Translations under genes and position numbers: made by a program
Assembly: GCA_000708835.1 (NCBI GenBank)
Contig: DF237035.1
Coordinates: 156,263 to 220,262, forward strand
Origin: Klebsormidium nitens
Taxonomy: Eukaryota; Plantae; Klebsormidiophyceae
Reading direction: 5' to 3'
DNA: 64,000 nt
Notes under the pieces: generated by a model
The model's input: only the letters and a program-made list of their open reading frames with translations
Database searches by the model: none
What the model was told of the DNA's origin: nothing
Shown: positions 44,401 through 62,600 of the stretch, piece after piece
How positions within the stretch are numbered: position 1 is the first letter of the stretch
Layout: each line of letters opens with the position of its first letter

Positions 44401-47400
44401 CTGCTGCCAGAGCCGCCGCGTGCTCTGACTGAGCCTCTTCCAGCACTCGCACCTGTATAAGTACGAAGCGAAGTTAGGGGCTGGAATCAGAAAGGACGAT
44501 AACGCTCGTGCCAATATCTTCAAGACCGAAAAGTTAAGGTCAAAACACCGCTTTAACGGAACTGACGGTGTGCCTGGAGAAAGTTGATTGAGTAGACAGG
44601 GCGGCCGCCAGGAAGAGAAGTGAGGGCAGGGACGAAGATTGCCTGCCCTGGTGTAGAAACGAGTCCAGCTTTAGGAACAGAATTGCAGTGGGTGAAGTAC
44701 ACTTTCTAAATAAGGGCATGATGGACCAAGGGAAGCCTTCACTTCCTAGCTTCTTAGAAACACTTTCGGAAACCCGAAAGACCTAAAGTCATTCGTTAAA
44801 GCATGCACTCAATGTAAAGGCTCCGCCAATGGCCCATGCTGCGCTTTAACAGGCTGCTCAGCTGGACGTATCGTTTAAATAGACCTTACATGCAGAATCT
44901 TCTGCTTTGTCCCTTGCACCTACCTTCTCCTGGTGCAGCGCCGCCCGCTCCTGCCGGTGCGCGCGCGCCTCCGCCTCTAGTTCCTGCCGCACCTTCCTCA
45001 GCTCCTCCCTGTGAAGCGCCGCCGCCTCCTCCGCTCTCGCCCGCGCCGCTGCCTCTAGTTGCTCCCGCTGCCGCCCAACCGCCCCGACGCTCTCAGTCTG
45101 CTGCGCTTGCGCTTCCGTCAGATCCGCTTCGAGCCGCGCGATCCTCTGCCGAAGCGCCAACCCCTCGTCCTGGAGTGCGAACAGCTCCTGGGTCTTGACC
45201 GCCAGCCGGGCCGCCAGCTCAGCGGCTGACGTCACCCGGGGATCCCCCCAGGCTTCCGGCTCGGCGGACTCGTCCGTTCCGGAGGGACCGGAGCCGGATC
45301 GCTCGAGCTTGGATTCTAGTTGATCGATCACGCGGTGTAGGGCGGAAGCGTGTGACACGGCAGCGTCTTGTTTTTGGCGCGCGCGTGCAAGGAAATCTTG
45401 GAGTTGCCCGTTGGCGAGCTTGAGCGCCGCGAGCTCGCGAGTGATCGCCACCAGCTTCTCTTGGGGGTCCGCTCGAAGAAGCGCTCGCAAAACCTAGGCC
45501 ACAAGCGAAGAAAAGTGTCAAAAAGTCCTGTAAGGTGAGTCAATTCATGAGACGTAACAAGAGAATCACCTTGAAAAGAAAGCATGCAGCACTTGCCGTA
45601 AGAGACGGGTTACACGGAACCATCTCTTACATTTATAATGGAAGCGTTCTCATTGACCTATCCAATCAGCGCCCTGGGCCGGTTCAATAGTCACTGCAAA
45701 TGAGGGGATATCCAACCATAGCCGTTACAAAGACCGCGGCAGCTTTGGATGTCTTTTTCACCGTTCCAATCTCGTTTTGAGTTTCTTCAAGCTCCAGATC
45801 TCATTATGGTTGTGCTACAGAAAAGATCTCATCATCGACTTGACATTCGTAGACCCACCTGTTCTTCGAACCACGTCTTGATCTCCTCATCCCCCTTGCC
45901 GCTCTCCTGACTCTCCCCTCCCTGCCCCCGCTCCGCATCTTTTCCCGCGGCCAAATCCGCTTCCGCTACCATCACTCTCCTTCCAAGCCGTTCCGCTTGC
46001 TCCTTAAACCGCGCGCCCTCTTGTACCGCCCCCGCCAACTCCACCCTCACGGCCACCAACTCCTTTTGCGCCCTCTCTAGTTGCGCCCCCAGACTCTCCA
46101 CGCGCCCCGTGAGTAACTCCACACGTGCCTCGGCCCATCCCGCGTCGTCGCTTTTCCGCTGCTCTCGCCGCACCTGCGCCACCGCAAGCCGCCCCTCCGA
46201 AACCTCCCACTCGCCGATCTTCCGCTCCAGCGCGCTCTCTAGCGCTGCCACGTGTTCCCGCAACCGCGCGGCCTCTCCGCCCTTCATCCGCCCCTCCGCT
46301 TGGGCGCGGCTTAACTGACGTTCACTATCCATAACCAGACTGGTTAACCGGGAGATAACCACCGCCTGCCAGTCTGCGCCGACGGTTTTGTCCAGCGCTT
46401 CTTGGAGGCGCGCAGCGATGGGCGGCGGGAGACCCACTTCTGTAGCTTGCGGGAAAGACACGGCCGACAGTTCCTCGCGGAGGGATTGGTCTTGCGCGGC
46501 TGCCTCTGTACGTTCTCTGCATTTCAAGGGACGGATTGTCAAGCAAAAGTGTGGGGGAAAATCGCAAGAAGTCAAGAAAAGTTAACTCAGAGTATTTGCA
46601 CGAGGCTGGAAGCAACGCGAGCACTGATTTAGCCCTCTTGCTAAGGGTGCGGTATCACCAGAGCTGGCCAGTGGTCTCGCACTTGATCAAAGCGAAGCTG
46701 ATGATCGCAACGCGTTTAGCAATCTCATTCTACTCAGAAGTTGTTGCAAGGGCTTGAGTTGACAACCGGGCCCCTGAATTAACCGCAAGCATTTGGAAGA
46801 CGTCTAGTCTAGTTAAGACCTTGATGTTGAACATCCGCCCACCAAACTGCAAACCCGGCCTAAGCCTCCTGGGCAACTCACCGCTGCAGCTGCGCCAGTA
46901 GCCTCTTCCCCTGCTGCTCCATTGCCGCCCCGCGACTCTCCGCCTCCTCCGTCTTGGCGCCCAGCGCCTCCTTCAACCTGTCCACCTCTCGCGCCAGCCC
47001 CGCTGAATGCGCGTCCCGATCGCGCAGGTCCGCTTTCAAAACGGCCGCTTCCCGCCGAAGAACCTCGTGCGCGCCCGCGCTCTGCGCCAGGCGCTGCTCG
47101 CGCTGCTTCAACCGCGCGCGCACCCGCTCAAGTTCCGCGGCCGTGGCGGCGCCGACTTGGCCCGCGTGGCGAGCTTCGTCCTGAGCCCAGGAGAGTTTTC
47201 ACGTCGACATTCGTAACAATTTCCTCGCCCGAGGGAGTCTTCGAGAAATGGAAGAGAGAAGACGTAAATAGTGTAGCGTTAAGCAGGCTTACCTAAAGTG
47301 ATTACGTCAATATTCATAACGAGATCCTCGACCCGAGATTCTTAGAGGTATGGAACCGAATCCGGTCAGTCGTGCAGCGAAAAGCAGGCTTGCCGACAGG

Positions 47401-50400
47401 TCGGCTCGAATTTGGAACCTGGTTCTACCCGGTGCATGAATCTGCTGAGCTTCCAGGTGATCCATAAGACACCAGTTTCGCATTCACGTCTAACTGTTTG
47501 TGTGCCATGTCACCGAAGCGACTGGAACTATTCTGTAAAGCGAGCACCAATGGAACACTTCCTTAACAGCTAGGGGTTACAGTGTTTGCGGAACCCCACA
47601 AACGCGCGTTCTCGTGATCTGAACAACAAAGCAAAAGGAAAGAGGGAAAGAAAGAAGTCGCGCATACCTGCAGCAAAGTAGCCCTCCTCTCAAGCGCCGC
47701 CTGGATGGCCTTGGCCCCCGCGAGCTGCGCGGTCAACGTAACGAGGCGCTGCTCCCGTTCCGCCTCACTTCCGCTGTGCAGCGTTTCCACCGTCTCCATG
47801 AGCACCGTCACCTGGAGACCCTTCTCGTCGGCCACCGAAGCCGCCTGCTCCGCTGCCCGCCGCAGGGCCTGCACGTGCGAGCAGTAATTGCGGTCAGCAG
47901 GCGCCTGTTGAGCTTTTCGACACGCAAATTCAGCAGAACCTTTACAGCAGCTTGTATGACGTAATAGGTAGAATGCCTCTGGACCTTTAAGACAAGCCAG
48001 AAGGTAATCGTCATTGGAGTGCTGGCTTTACGGCAGTCATTCGTCCGTGCACAGAGTCCGGACTACTTTACCTTCCTTGAGGCGTCGTTTCAAAAGTTCG
48101 TCAAAGGCACCGACAACCAGCTCACAGCCTCCAGATCCGTACGACGTTCTTTAGTCATCCCTCTTATAAGCAGTTAAATGATACTTTTTGTTTCAGTGGC
48201 ACCTACATGTTTCAGGACCCAACCGCAGTCATTTTCCAGAATTCGCGCTCACGCCAATGAGAATGTCTCACCAGTGCCTCTTCCTGGAGCTTCCGCACTG
48301 CGTCCTCTTTGGCCGCCACCCGCTTCTCCGCGGCCCCCTTGCCGGTCTCCGCTGCGGCACGTGCCCTCTCCGTCTCCGCTCTCGCGGCCTGCAGCTCCTC
48401 GCCCAGCTGCCGCGCCTCCATTCCGGCCACGGCCGCCTTCCGCTGCAGAAAGGAACGGAGAAGTAAGTGCTTGCGTCGACCGGCAACAAGTGAGAGATGA
48501 TCTGCGCTTACAGAAGGGAGCGGGGGGCAATCACTCAGTGGAAGGCTCCAGAACTCAAATGCAAAATGGACCTGTTGAAGGAGTGTATGTTGCGTGTCCA
48601 AACAGAGAGGCTGGAGCCACTATGCAAAATCTGGTCCACGCCACTCCTCCGTCTTATGTCAGAACAGTTCGCACGTCGCTACTGCTGGGGCAGAAGAAGA
48701 AAATTGTGGCAACCGACGCGTTCCAGAACAGTCGGTATGCGTCTGGGGCAATATTGCCTGACGGCTTGCGTGTCACATTATCCATCAAGCTTGTCAAATG
48801 TTTGCGCCGGGTCAAAGTGTCACACAGCCCGCTCAGATCTGCCATGGTCCAGAGCGCACTTGAGGAAAACTCTCTTCCCTCAAAACAGGCTGCCCGCTCA
48901 CCTCTGCTTCTGCGGCCCTGCGCGTGGCGCTCCCCACTTCCGCCGCATGCGCCGCCGCGGCCGCGAGCGCGCGCCGCGCGGCCGCCTCCTTGTGGTCCAG
49001 CCACTTGCGCTCGCGCTGCGCCACGCCCGCCGTCGCGGCCGCCAGCTCGCGCTCCAGGTCCGTCAGCTGAATGCGCAGCCGATCCACCTGCAGCAAGCGA
49101 CGCAATTTGAGGTTATTCTCCTTGCTATCAGACAGAGTTCTCGAAGGTGGCGCCAAACCCAAGTATAGGTGTACCAGATTGACCGAGACCACTGACTAAA
49201 CGGTTGTGCTTCTCAAAGATTGAATCCTCCGCTGGAGCTAGGAAGACGCTAACTGCTTGAGATCGGGGTCCTTTCGAAGCATTTCTTGTTAGTGCCCAGT
49301 CCAAGGTTGACAAGTCAGTTATTCCAAACGTCTTCTGCAACGGTATCAAAAAACTTCCCCCTACTTAGTTTTGGTTATTCGGACGTCATGTTTCCTGCAA
49401 CGGAGTGGCTGTAACTCCTCATATTCAAAATGAGCACCGGGATGATCGGGGCCACATTGACACAGTTTTCATCCATGGGGAGAACCTGCCAGGTAGCGCA
49501 ATCCAACAGCAACCCCGGGAGCCCAGACATGCTTCCTCGAGCCGAGCTGATCGACATCCACAGCTCGAGCATCTTGCGCTGAAAGAGGGACGGGCAGACT
49601 CGTGTCGGCTTAAGTGACCAGGACGTGCGTATCCGGGGCTTTTGTTCGCAACGTGTCAGAAATGCGGAGATGCAGTTACAGCTGAGAAGGTACTGGAGCC
49701 TCAAAGGCGTCCCCAGTCTCGACAGATGGGTAATGTGTAGATCATCGCCCCCTCTGACATGGAGTGTCAGTTGCTGCTCCTGTCGTCCTCATTATATTTG
49801 ACCATGGCAGAACAAAGATGTGTCCTGTAGTCCAGAGTTGCTAGTTTCCTGTCACCAGACCCTCCAGCTGACGGTACCAGGACCGTTGCAAAACTCACTC
49901 ATGCAAACGGCGAAGCCCTGGAGGAACTCAAAAGACGAGCAAACAGAATCTTTACAGGCAGACAAAACCAAAGGCCTCCGTGAAGGAATTGTGTAGGAAC
50001 GCTCACCTCTACCTGAAGCAGAGCGTTTTTGGCCAGAGCTTGGTCCCCATCCATCCGCCGCCCCCCTTCCGTCCGCTCTAGTTGCAGCCTCTCCTGCAGT
50101 TGCTCCACCTTCGCCTCCAACTCCCGCGCCGCCCGCTCCGCCGCCTCCGCCCGCGCTACCAAACCCTCTGCCGCTTCTCCCTTCCGCAACCCGCTCTTCC
50201 CGCCTCTAGTTCGCGTCCCGTTATCCTCGACTTCGGAGGGTGCCCGCACAGGCGCCCGTTGGGGGCTCTTTCTAGTACCCAAACCCCCCCGGCTCATGAG
50301 CGTGCCGTAACTAGTTCGTCCCCGGGGGGAGATTGGGGGTTCTTCTGTACCCCCCACGGCGAATTGAGGGCCGTTCGGCCGGGCGCTTCGCGGCTCGGGG

Positions 50401-53400
50401 GGCAAGTCGGCGGCGTCTGAGGCACGGGGTTCTGTGGGCGATATTTCTGGGAAGGTGTTGCCGGGGGGTGCAAAAGTGGGTCGTGGCGCAGCGTGCAGTT
50501 GGGCTGTGAGGGTCTGGATGCGATCCATTTGTTGGCTCAGCTGCAGATAACAATCAACAAATGCTGTTAGTACAAATAGTGACAAGTATGAAGCCAAGGT
50601 TTCTCATGTCGGAGACAGTCGGACATGTGAACGCAGCTACTCCGAGCTTGGTTGCCGCACGTTTCATTGGGATCGGCTGACCGTCTCTGAGTGGGACAAA
50701 TGAACTGGTCTATACCGTCTACATTCCGGAACCGGAATCAGGTCCTACTGTATCACGTCTGCCTAATCAGTCACGTCCCGGCACCAGTGTAGTGTGCCGT
50801 CCGTCCTGAATCAAACGCAGATGTTCGCAAGGTGCGCAAGACCTTTCGCAGGCTTTAGTAACCAGGACCAAAATATTTTAAAGCATGCGTGTCCGAATGC
50901 CTCAGAGACGATCATTCAATCAAGCGAACGACCTTACAAAGAAACGCGACATCAAAAACGCGCTGGAAAACAAGAGTGAGTATAAGATGCTCCGAAAGGT
51001 CGTCGTATGCTTGCCCTCACCATCTCCTCTAGCTGCTGCACCAGGTCGTCTTTCGCGCTCAGGGCAGCCTCCGCCTCCGCAAGCGCGCGCCGCCAGCTGG
51101 CAGGCTCTGATACGCTCGCTGCTGCCTCCTGCTGCAATCGCATACGAGGGCGATAGTCAGCACGCAGAAGATTTATGATCGTGGGATCCCATATCCGTCA
51201 ACTTAGAAAATCAAAGACAGAATCAAGTCGCGGAACGAGGAAAATCAGGAGCCTTGCAGTCGATGAGAGTAGGAGAAGAACCACAAACATTGCAAACTCG
51301 ATTCGCTCGGGAATCTGTGCGCATTGACCAGGGACGCCACGAGCCTCCAAATACTAAAACACTGGCTGACGGGGGCCCTCTAGCCCTTCGTAGGACCGTA
51401 CGGAAAGGCCAGGACGCCTGACATGCACAAATTAACCCGTTTGTGTCTTAGACTTACGACCGTGCCAACCATGCAAACGGTGCGCATCGTCCAGAACGAG
51501 ATGAGCGCCAAACCCTTTTGGCCAGGCGAATATGTCAGACAAACAACCAAGCGGACAGCATCAGCGCACCTCGGAGATGCGAGCCGTCGCGCGGTGCGCT
51601 TGTTGCTCCGCCTGGCGCGCCGCCTGCAGCTGGGCCGTCAGCGCCTCGTTCGCCTGGCTCAGATCGTCCAGCCGAGCCTCTTGCTCCTCCAGCCGGGCCT
51701 GCATGCGTCAGCATGACGGAGTTTGCTCTCTGCCCGCGCACGAGGCTTGGAAGGCAGCCCAGGAGACAGCATGGCGTCCCCCGTTTCAAAGCATTTTCAC
51801 GGCCAGCACAAGGTTTGTGGCATAACCGGGAAAGCGAAACACGCTTCTCAAAGACTCGATTCAAGGGCCACTCGTAAACATCGCTTGACGCTCATGGTTT
51901 GAGGTATGAACGGTCAAGTCCAAAGCGTGCAATCTGTTCAAGGTGCACATGCATCGCTTGAACATAATGTACCTCACGTACGAAGTCTTGGCCTCATAAA
52001 TAGTGACAACCAACCGGGAGCTTTGCCCATGCGCTTTTCTTACAGGAGCTTTTCGCACCCATTTCTTCCCGACCTGCAATTTCCAACCGCCCACCACCAT
52101 CTTCCCCTTTCTTCCGGCTCACCTGCAACGCAGCCCTGTCGTTCTCCGCCGCGTGCGCCCGCTTCTCCGCCGCATCCCGTTCTTCCCTCGCTTCGTCCAG
52201 CACGCGCTGCATTTCCTGCGCCTGAGAGAGCGCGCTTTCGCGCACCCCCTGGCGCCCCTCCAGCAGTTCCACGACGTGCGCCTCGCTCGCCTCTAGTTGC
52301 GCCCCCATCGCTTCCAAAGAGTTGCGCATCCCCTCTAGAGCGGAGCCTGCAGCCTCCATGTCGCGTTCGAGCGACGCTTGGGCGGCGTCCTTGGCAGCGA
52401 GGAGTGCCAGCATCTGGTCGAGGGTGGGGGGAGTTCTTGACCAGAGTTGGCGAATAAGGCTCGAATCTCTCTCTCACCCGCCGAATCTTTTGAGAACCAG
52501 TCATCGCAAGTTACTCTAGAGGCGGAAGCTGCATCCCATTTGGAGGATGTCTCTGAATGCGAGCATCTAAGGAAAGTCCCACTGATCAAGGTGCTATTAG
52601 TTAACCACAGCGGGACACGCTCATACACCTGATCGATCCGGAACCTGGGTTTGGACAATACCTATTCTATTGGGCTTCCATAGAACCGAAAAGTCACAAA
52701 AAACCCTCGCCCATTAGTGGTGCTCACCTTTTCTTCCCTGCTCGCTGCATGCGCCCGCTCGCGCACGCGCGCCGCCTCGGCAAGCGTCGTCGCGTCTGGC
52801 GTGGCCGCCTCGAGCATCTCCTGCAACTGCAGCAGCGTCGTCCGCTCTTCCTTCACCCCCGCCAGCTCAGCGGTCACTTCCCGCAGTCTCGCTCTCAGCT
52901 CATCATTGGCGCCCTCTGCCTCCCCGACCCGCTCCAACAGTTCCTCCACCGGAGGGGGATCCCCGCGGCCCCCGCGCGGCGCCAGCACTCGTGCTGTGCG
53001 GACCTCGAGTTGCGACTTGAGCGCCACTATGATCTCCTCCTTTTCCTGGAGCAACGCCTCTGCCGTGTTCCTGCTGTCTTGGGCTTCGGCCCCCGTCTCC
53101 TTACCAGAATGTGGTAGCCCGTTCTGTTCCTGCATGCCCCGCTGTCTCGGACTACTGGGAATGCTTGGTGGGGCTCTCGCGCGTGGGGGGGAGCACGAAG
53201 AGGGGGGCGAGTCCAGGCCCCCCAGAGAACGTTCTCGTTGTGAAACCGTAATGCCATGCTCACGAGCAGGGGACAGCGCACGCCCACTTCCCGGCATAGG
53301 CCCCAACCGGTGCGAGCCTGTTGCAGAAAACGCTCTCGGGTTTTCGTCTCCCCGCCCCTCGTTTGCCAGCCTCCTTGAAGTGCCCCCGGGCGATGGATGC

Positions 53401-53681
53401 CGCGTCTGCTCGAAACTCGTCCTCCGCTCTTCCTGGGGGGCATCAGAGTGGGGCACTTGCAGCCCCTCGCGCCGGTGGCGGTTTGTTTGGGTTCCCCCCC
53501 AGGGGGGCGTCACGGAGCGAGGGCGCCGTTCGTGAGGGGGGGAGAGAAGGCCCCCGTACTGAGAAGGGGGGTAAGGAGGGGGCGCGGGGGGCGCAAGGAA
53601 GAAGGTGGAGTAGAACTTGTGCTCGGAGAAAGACGACTTGACATGGAAGATATCTGCAGGATGCGAGCAGGGTTTTGGCAT
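32460..53681 (-). CDS. Giant multi-exon coiled-coil protein (more than 20 exons), possibly centriolar/ciliary (CEP290-like, tentative)
   Basis: A run of GC-rich minus-strand segments bounded by yag/gt encodes E/A/R/L/Q heptads, e.g. at 52727-53681, 52123-52403, 49995-50540, 48890-49090, 46872-47200, 45855-46500, 44930-45490, 38429-41460, 37715-38147, 36370-36586 and 32460-33020. The start codon and full exon chain are not resolved, and it could be more than one gene. Confidence 0.72.
34141..34360 (-). repeat. Tandem duplication of an exon 3' end plus donor into the downstream intron
   Basis: A 33-bp identical core at 34158-34190 and 34305-34337 (period 147) encodes THSPEVWQQQAD twice. Both copies end in gccag|gt. 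Confidence 0.9.
44003..44166. repeat. ~96-bp degenerate intronic tandem duplication
   Basis: atc(g/a)accgttcctat..aattgaca..ggcatg..agatga..aggacac occurs twice, with an internal 11-bp aaaggacacat duplication. Confidence 0.7.
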
Positions 53682-53989
53682 GGTGCCACCAGTGACAATC
53701 CGTCAGCCGTTGTCCTGATCCCAACACCATAGCGAATAATCTTTTACAACATTCTTTTCCTGAGCATCGACCACCGTCGACTTCTTGCACCACACATTTA
53801 GAGCATGAACTTATACTGTGCATTGTAGCTCTCATGGTCCCAAACAGGGCCTTGATGCTTGTACCTGAGAGCAAGTGACGGGTACTTTGTTAGACAGCTG
53901 GGCTAAAACTCACCTCTCTGGCCCACGGTCTCTGCTTTTCTGCGGTCAGCAAACTTGAGTACTTTGAGAGTGACCGCCAGAGACGCACT

Positions 53990-54800
53990 GGCGCCTGCCG
54001 CAAGAGTGAGGGAGGGGGGGGCCACCTGGCAGTGTTAATTGGGAAAAAGTGAACATCTGGGCTTATGTCTGGACATGCATTGCAACTCTGCCCCTTCACA
54101 GTGCCAACGTAGAAAAGGTAAACACCAAAGAGGAGAAGCCCCTACTGAGCTGGGATTACAGAAAAGCAGAAGAAGCACAACATGCAAGAGACTGTGGGCT
54201 GCAAGAAAGGGAGCAGGTTTTTGTCTGGACCAACGATAATACTCACCGAAAAGCGCTCGGAGCTGCCTGGCCGGATGGATATGGTGACGGCGATTGCCAA
54301 GTGGTTTGTCACCACCAATTCCTGAGTGTATGCCTGAGAACACCAAAAGAAAGGAGTGATCAAATAGACGTGGGCCAAATGAGAACAAATCAAAGGCAGT
54401 CTGTAAATGGGCACCAAAGCAGCCAGAGCTAGCAGAGATTGGTAATGAGATCTTGATGGCAGCTAGGTCAATGTACCTGATTCAGGAGGACGTCTTGGAA
54501 GACGAGCTCCGGTGGATCAAAAGACAAAAGGCCCATTTTGGACGTCATGGGAGCCAGATTTTCGCATGTTTCTTCATTGGACCGTCAACTGATGAGCTCC
54601 AAGCTCGGCCTCCATTCTACAAGCCCATGGTGGAGCTTTGGAGGCGATATCACAGAACACTATACTACTAGTAGTAGTAGTAGTAGCCCATATCGTTATG
54701 CATGAACAGCGAGCTCAAAATTAGGGTTTGCTGCTGGCCGAGCGCTGTTGCAGGACATCGGGGGTAAAACTGAACCGTTGAAACTGCCCGGGGGATCAAT
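53990..54800 (+). mobile_element. Degenerate L1/Tx1-like non-LTR retrotransposon ORF2 fragment (RT C-terminal/thumb region)
   Basis: Fragments in the expected order, with stops and frameshifts: SVNWEK (54031), ELGL, SELPGRMDMV..AKWF..PIPE, KAVCKWAPKQP, then W..K..FG.HG..IF......L..RPPFYKPMVELW (54453-54650), then PISLCMN. The family assignment comes from recalled motif patterns, not a search. Confidence 0.55.
54663..54686. repeat. (TAC)n/(TAG)n microsatellite junction
   Basis: tactactagtagtagtagtagtag; the first 14 bp are self-complementary. Confidence 0.8.
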
Positions 54801-55245
54801 CGCGCCCGATAATTGCGCTCTGATGCTTTCTTGGATGCTGATGTCATTACGATGTGAGAACCAATTGAAGCACCATACGAAGCAGGTTGATGACGCACTT
54901 TCAAACTTTCCCGCCAGCATTTGGGAGCCATTCAACAGCACTTGGCATCTGTTCAGGATTTAGCAATGCCAGTGAGCATTGTTTTGCCAGATCTCCATGG
55001 ACCGTCGGTAGTTCTACTACTAGCCTCTAGGACAAAGGAGCCCCACCTGGGCTTTCATCATTGAAAAGCTGTCCACAAGTTTGTATCTAGAAGGCTGCAG
55101 GATCAGGAAATGCTCCTGAACTTGGAGCTGCTCTTGTTCGCTCTCCATTTGATTGTGAAGAGTTGAGTACCAGAGAGGTATTCTGATCAGGTACGGCGGC
55201 ATTCAACCCGGCTGGGATTCCAAGGAAACAGGCTCCGCAAAGAGA

Positions 55246-61471
<6,226 letters not shown>

Positions 61472-61669
61472 TGCAATAGAATTAGCACTCTACTCAAAAA
61501 ATTGTCTTACACACTGCCAGGGCATTCGCATTCTTCTGTAACACCTTCCCTGATCAAAGGGGCCACGATGCTGGTTTGTCTCCATGGTTGCATCGCAAAT
61601 CGGGTCCGGCGTGTCTTTTTATTTGGATAATCACTAGTGCATCTGCTCTTCCTACGATCATGGTCTGCC

Positions 61670-62200
61670 CATGATGCTTTCCTGCATGTACGATGAAGGT
61701 CCAGAGGTCACATGGCAGTCACATGCCTATTGCTCGTGCACTCGAAGCTAGCTATAACTGCTTCAAGACAACGCTTCTGGTGATTGAATCTGGATATCCA
61801 GTCTGCTTAAGCTGCAATCTCTAATTCGAGCTCATAATGTCTTCTGCATCGTGTTGACCACATATTCTTGAGACGCCATGTTGATTGAAAAGAAAATTCA
61901 TGTGCTTCTAGGCTAAGCATGCTCTAGGGCCGTATAGATCTAGGTATATAGGAATGCATGTGGCTTTAGACGACTGCGTCCATGCACTGCCGCACATGCC
62001 GGCAACGTTAGTAAAGTTTGTCAACAATAGCGGCAGCCCTCATTGATCATGTACAAGAACGTGCATGCGACATACTGAGCCATGCAGTCAAATTCCTACA
62101 ATGGAACATGATAGTATGGCCATGGCTGACCGTCTGGACATGTCTCGGAGCGAGCTAGCCAGCGATAGACTGCCGCCATGGCAGGCGACCCAAGTTATCT
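61670..62200. repeat. CATG/TGCA-rich convergent intergenic tract
   Basis: cctgcatg, agcatgct, aatgcatg, ccatgcac, gtgcatgc and gccatgca words downstream of RecQ. Confidence 0.5.
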
Positions 62201-62377
62201 CTTGCACTTGTACGCCAAGCTGAGCATATCTGGGGCAAGTAGAACAAAGAGATCTTGCAGGATGCAATACTTGACTTAATCACGTCATACTCAGAAGGCC
62301 TTCATGGGTCTAAAATGGACTCCCTCAGGGGTTCAAGGGGCGCATTGCAAGTCAGTGCGCATATTCAGATCCTGATG

Positions 62378-62600
62378 TTAAGATATGAGCGATGAGATTG
62401 TGTTCAAGAGAAACTTCACCACTGAGATCAAAATGGTCACTACCCCAACAACAACAACAACACCTGCAACAATGGTTAGCGGCGGCGGGCCTTGGCCTTT
62501 TTCAACAGACTTGATCTCCGGCTGCCTCTCCAGGGCCTTTTCCGAGTTTGTAACATCCCCAGAGTCTCCAGTTTGTTGAGAAGCTTGACACCAGAAGGTC
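62378..62600 (-). CDS. Possible terminal exon of a small single-pass membrane protein
   Basis: A polar stretch is followed by the hydrophobic GPPPLTIVAGVVVVVGVVTILISVVKFLL and a stop at 62378. Upstream exons and the start are unresolved. Confidence 0.35.

Noticed and set aside
49380-49580. Kinase-like fragments (GVAVGLRYL, EELQPL) in a coiled-coil intron
   Set aside because: Motif spacing is inconsistent with the kinase fold; this is likely chance.
32476-53874. Long plus-strand ORFs overlapping the coiled-coil gene (e.g. 40488-41243, 48178-49110, 52717-53535)
   Set aside because: These are antisense shadows of GC-rich exons, giving Ser/Ala/Arg-rich translations typical of stop-poor DNA.
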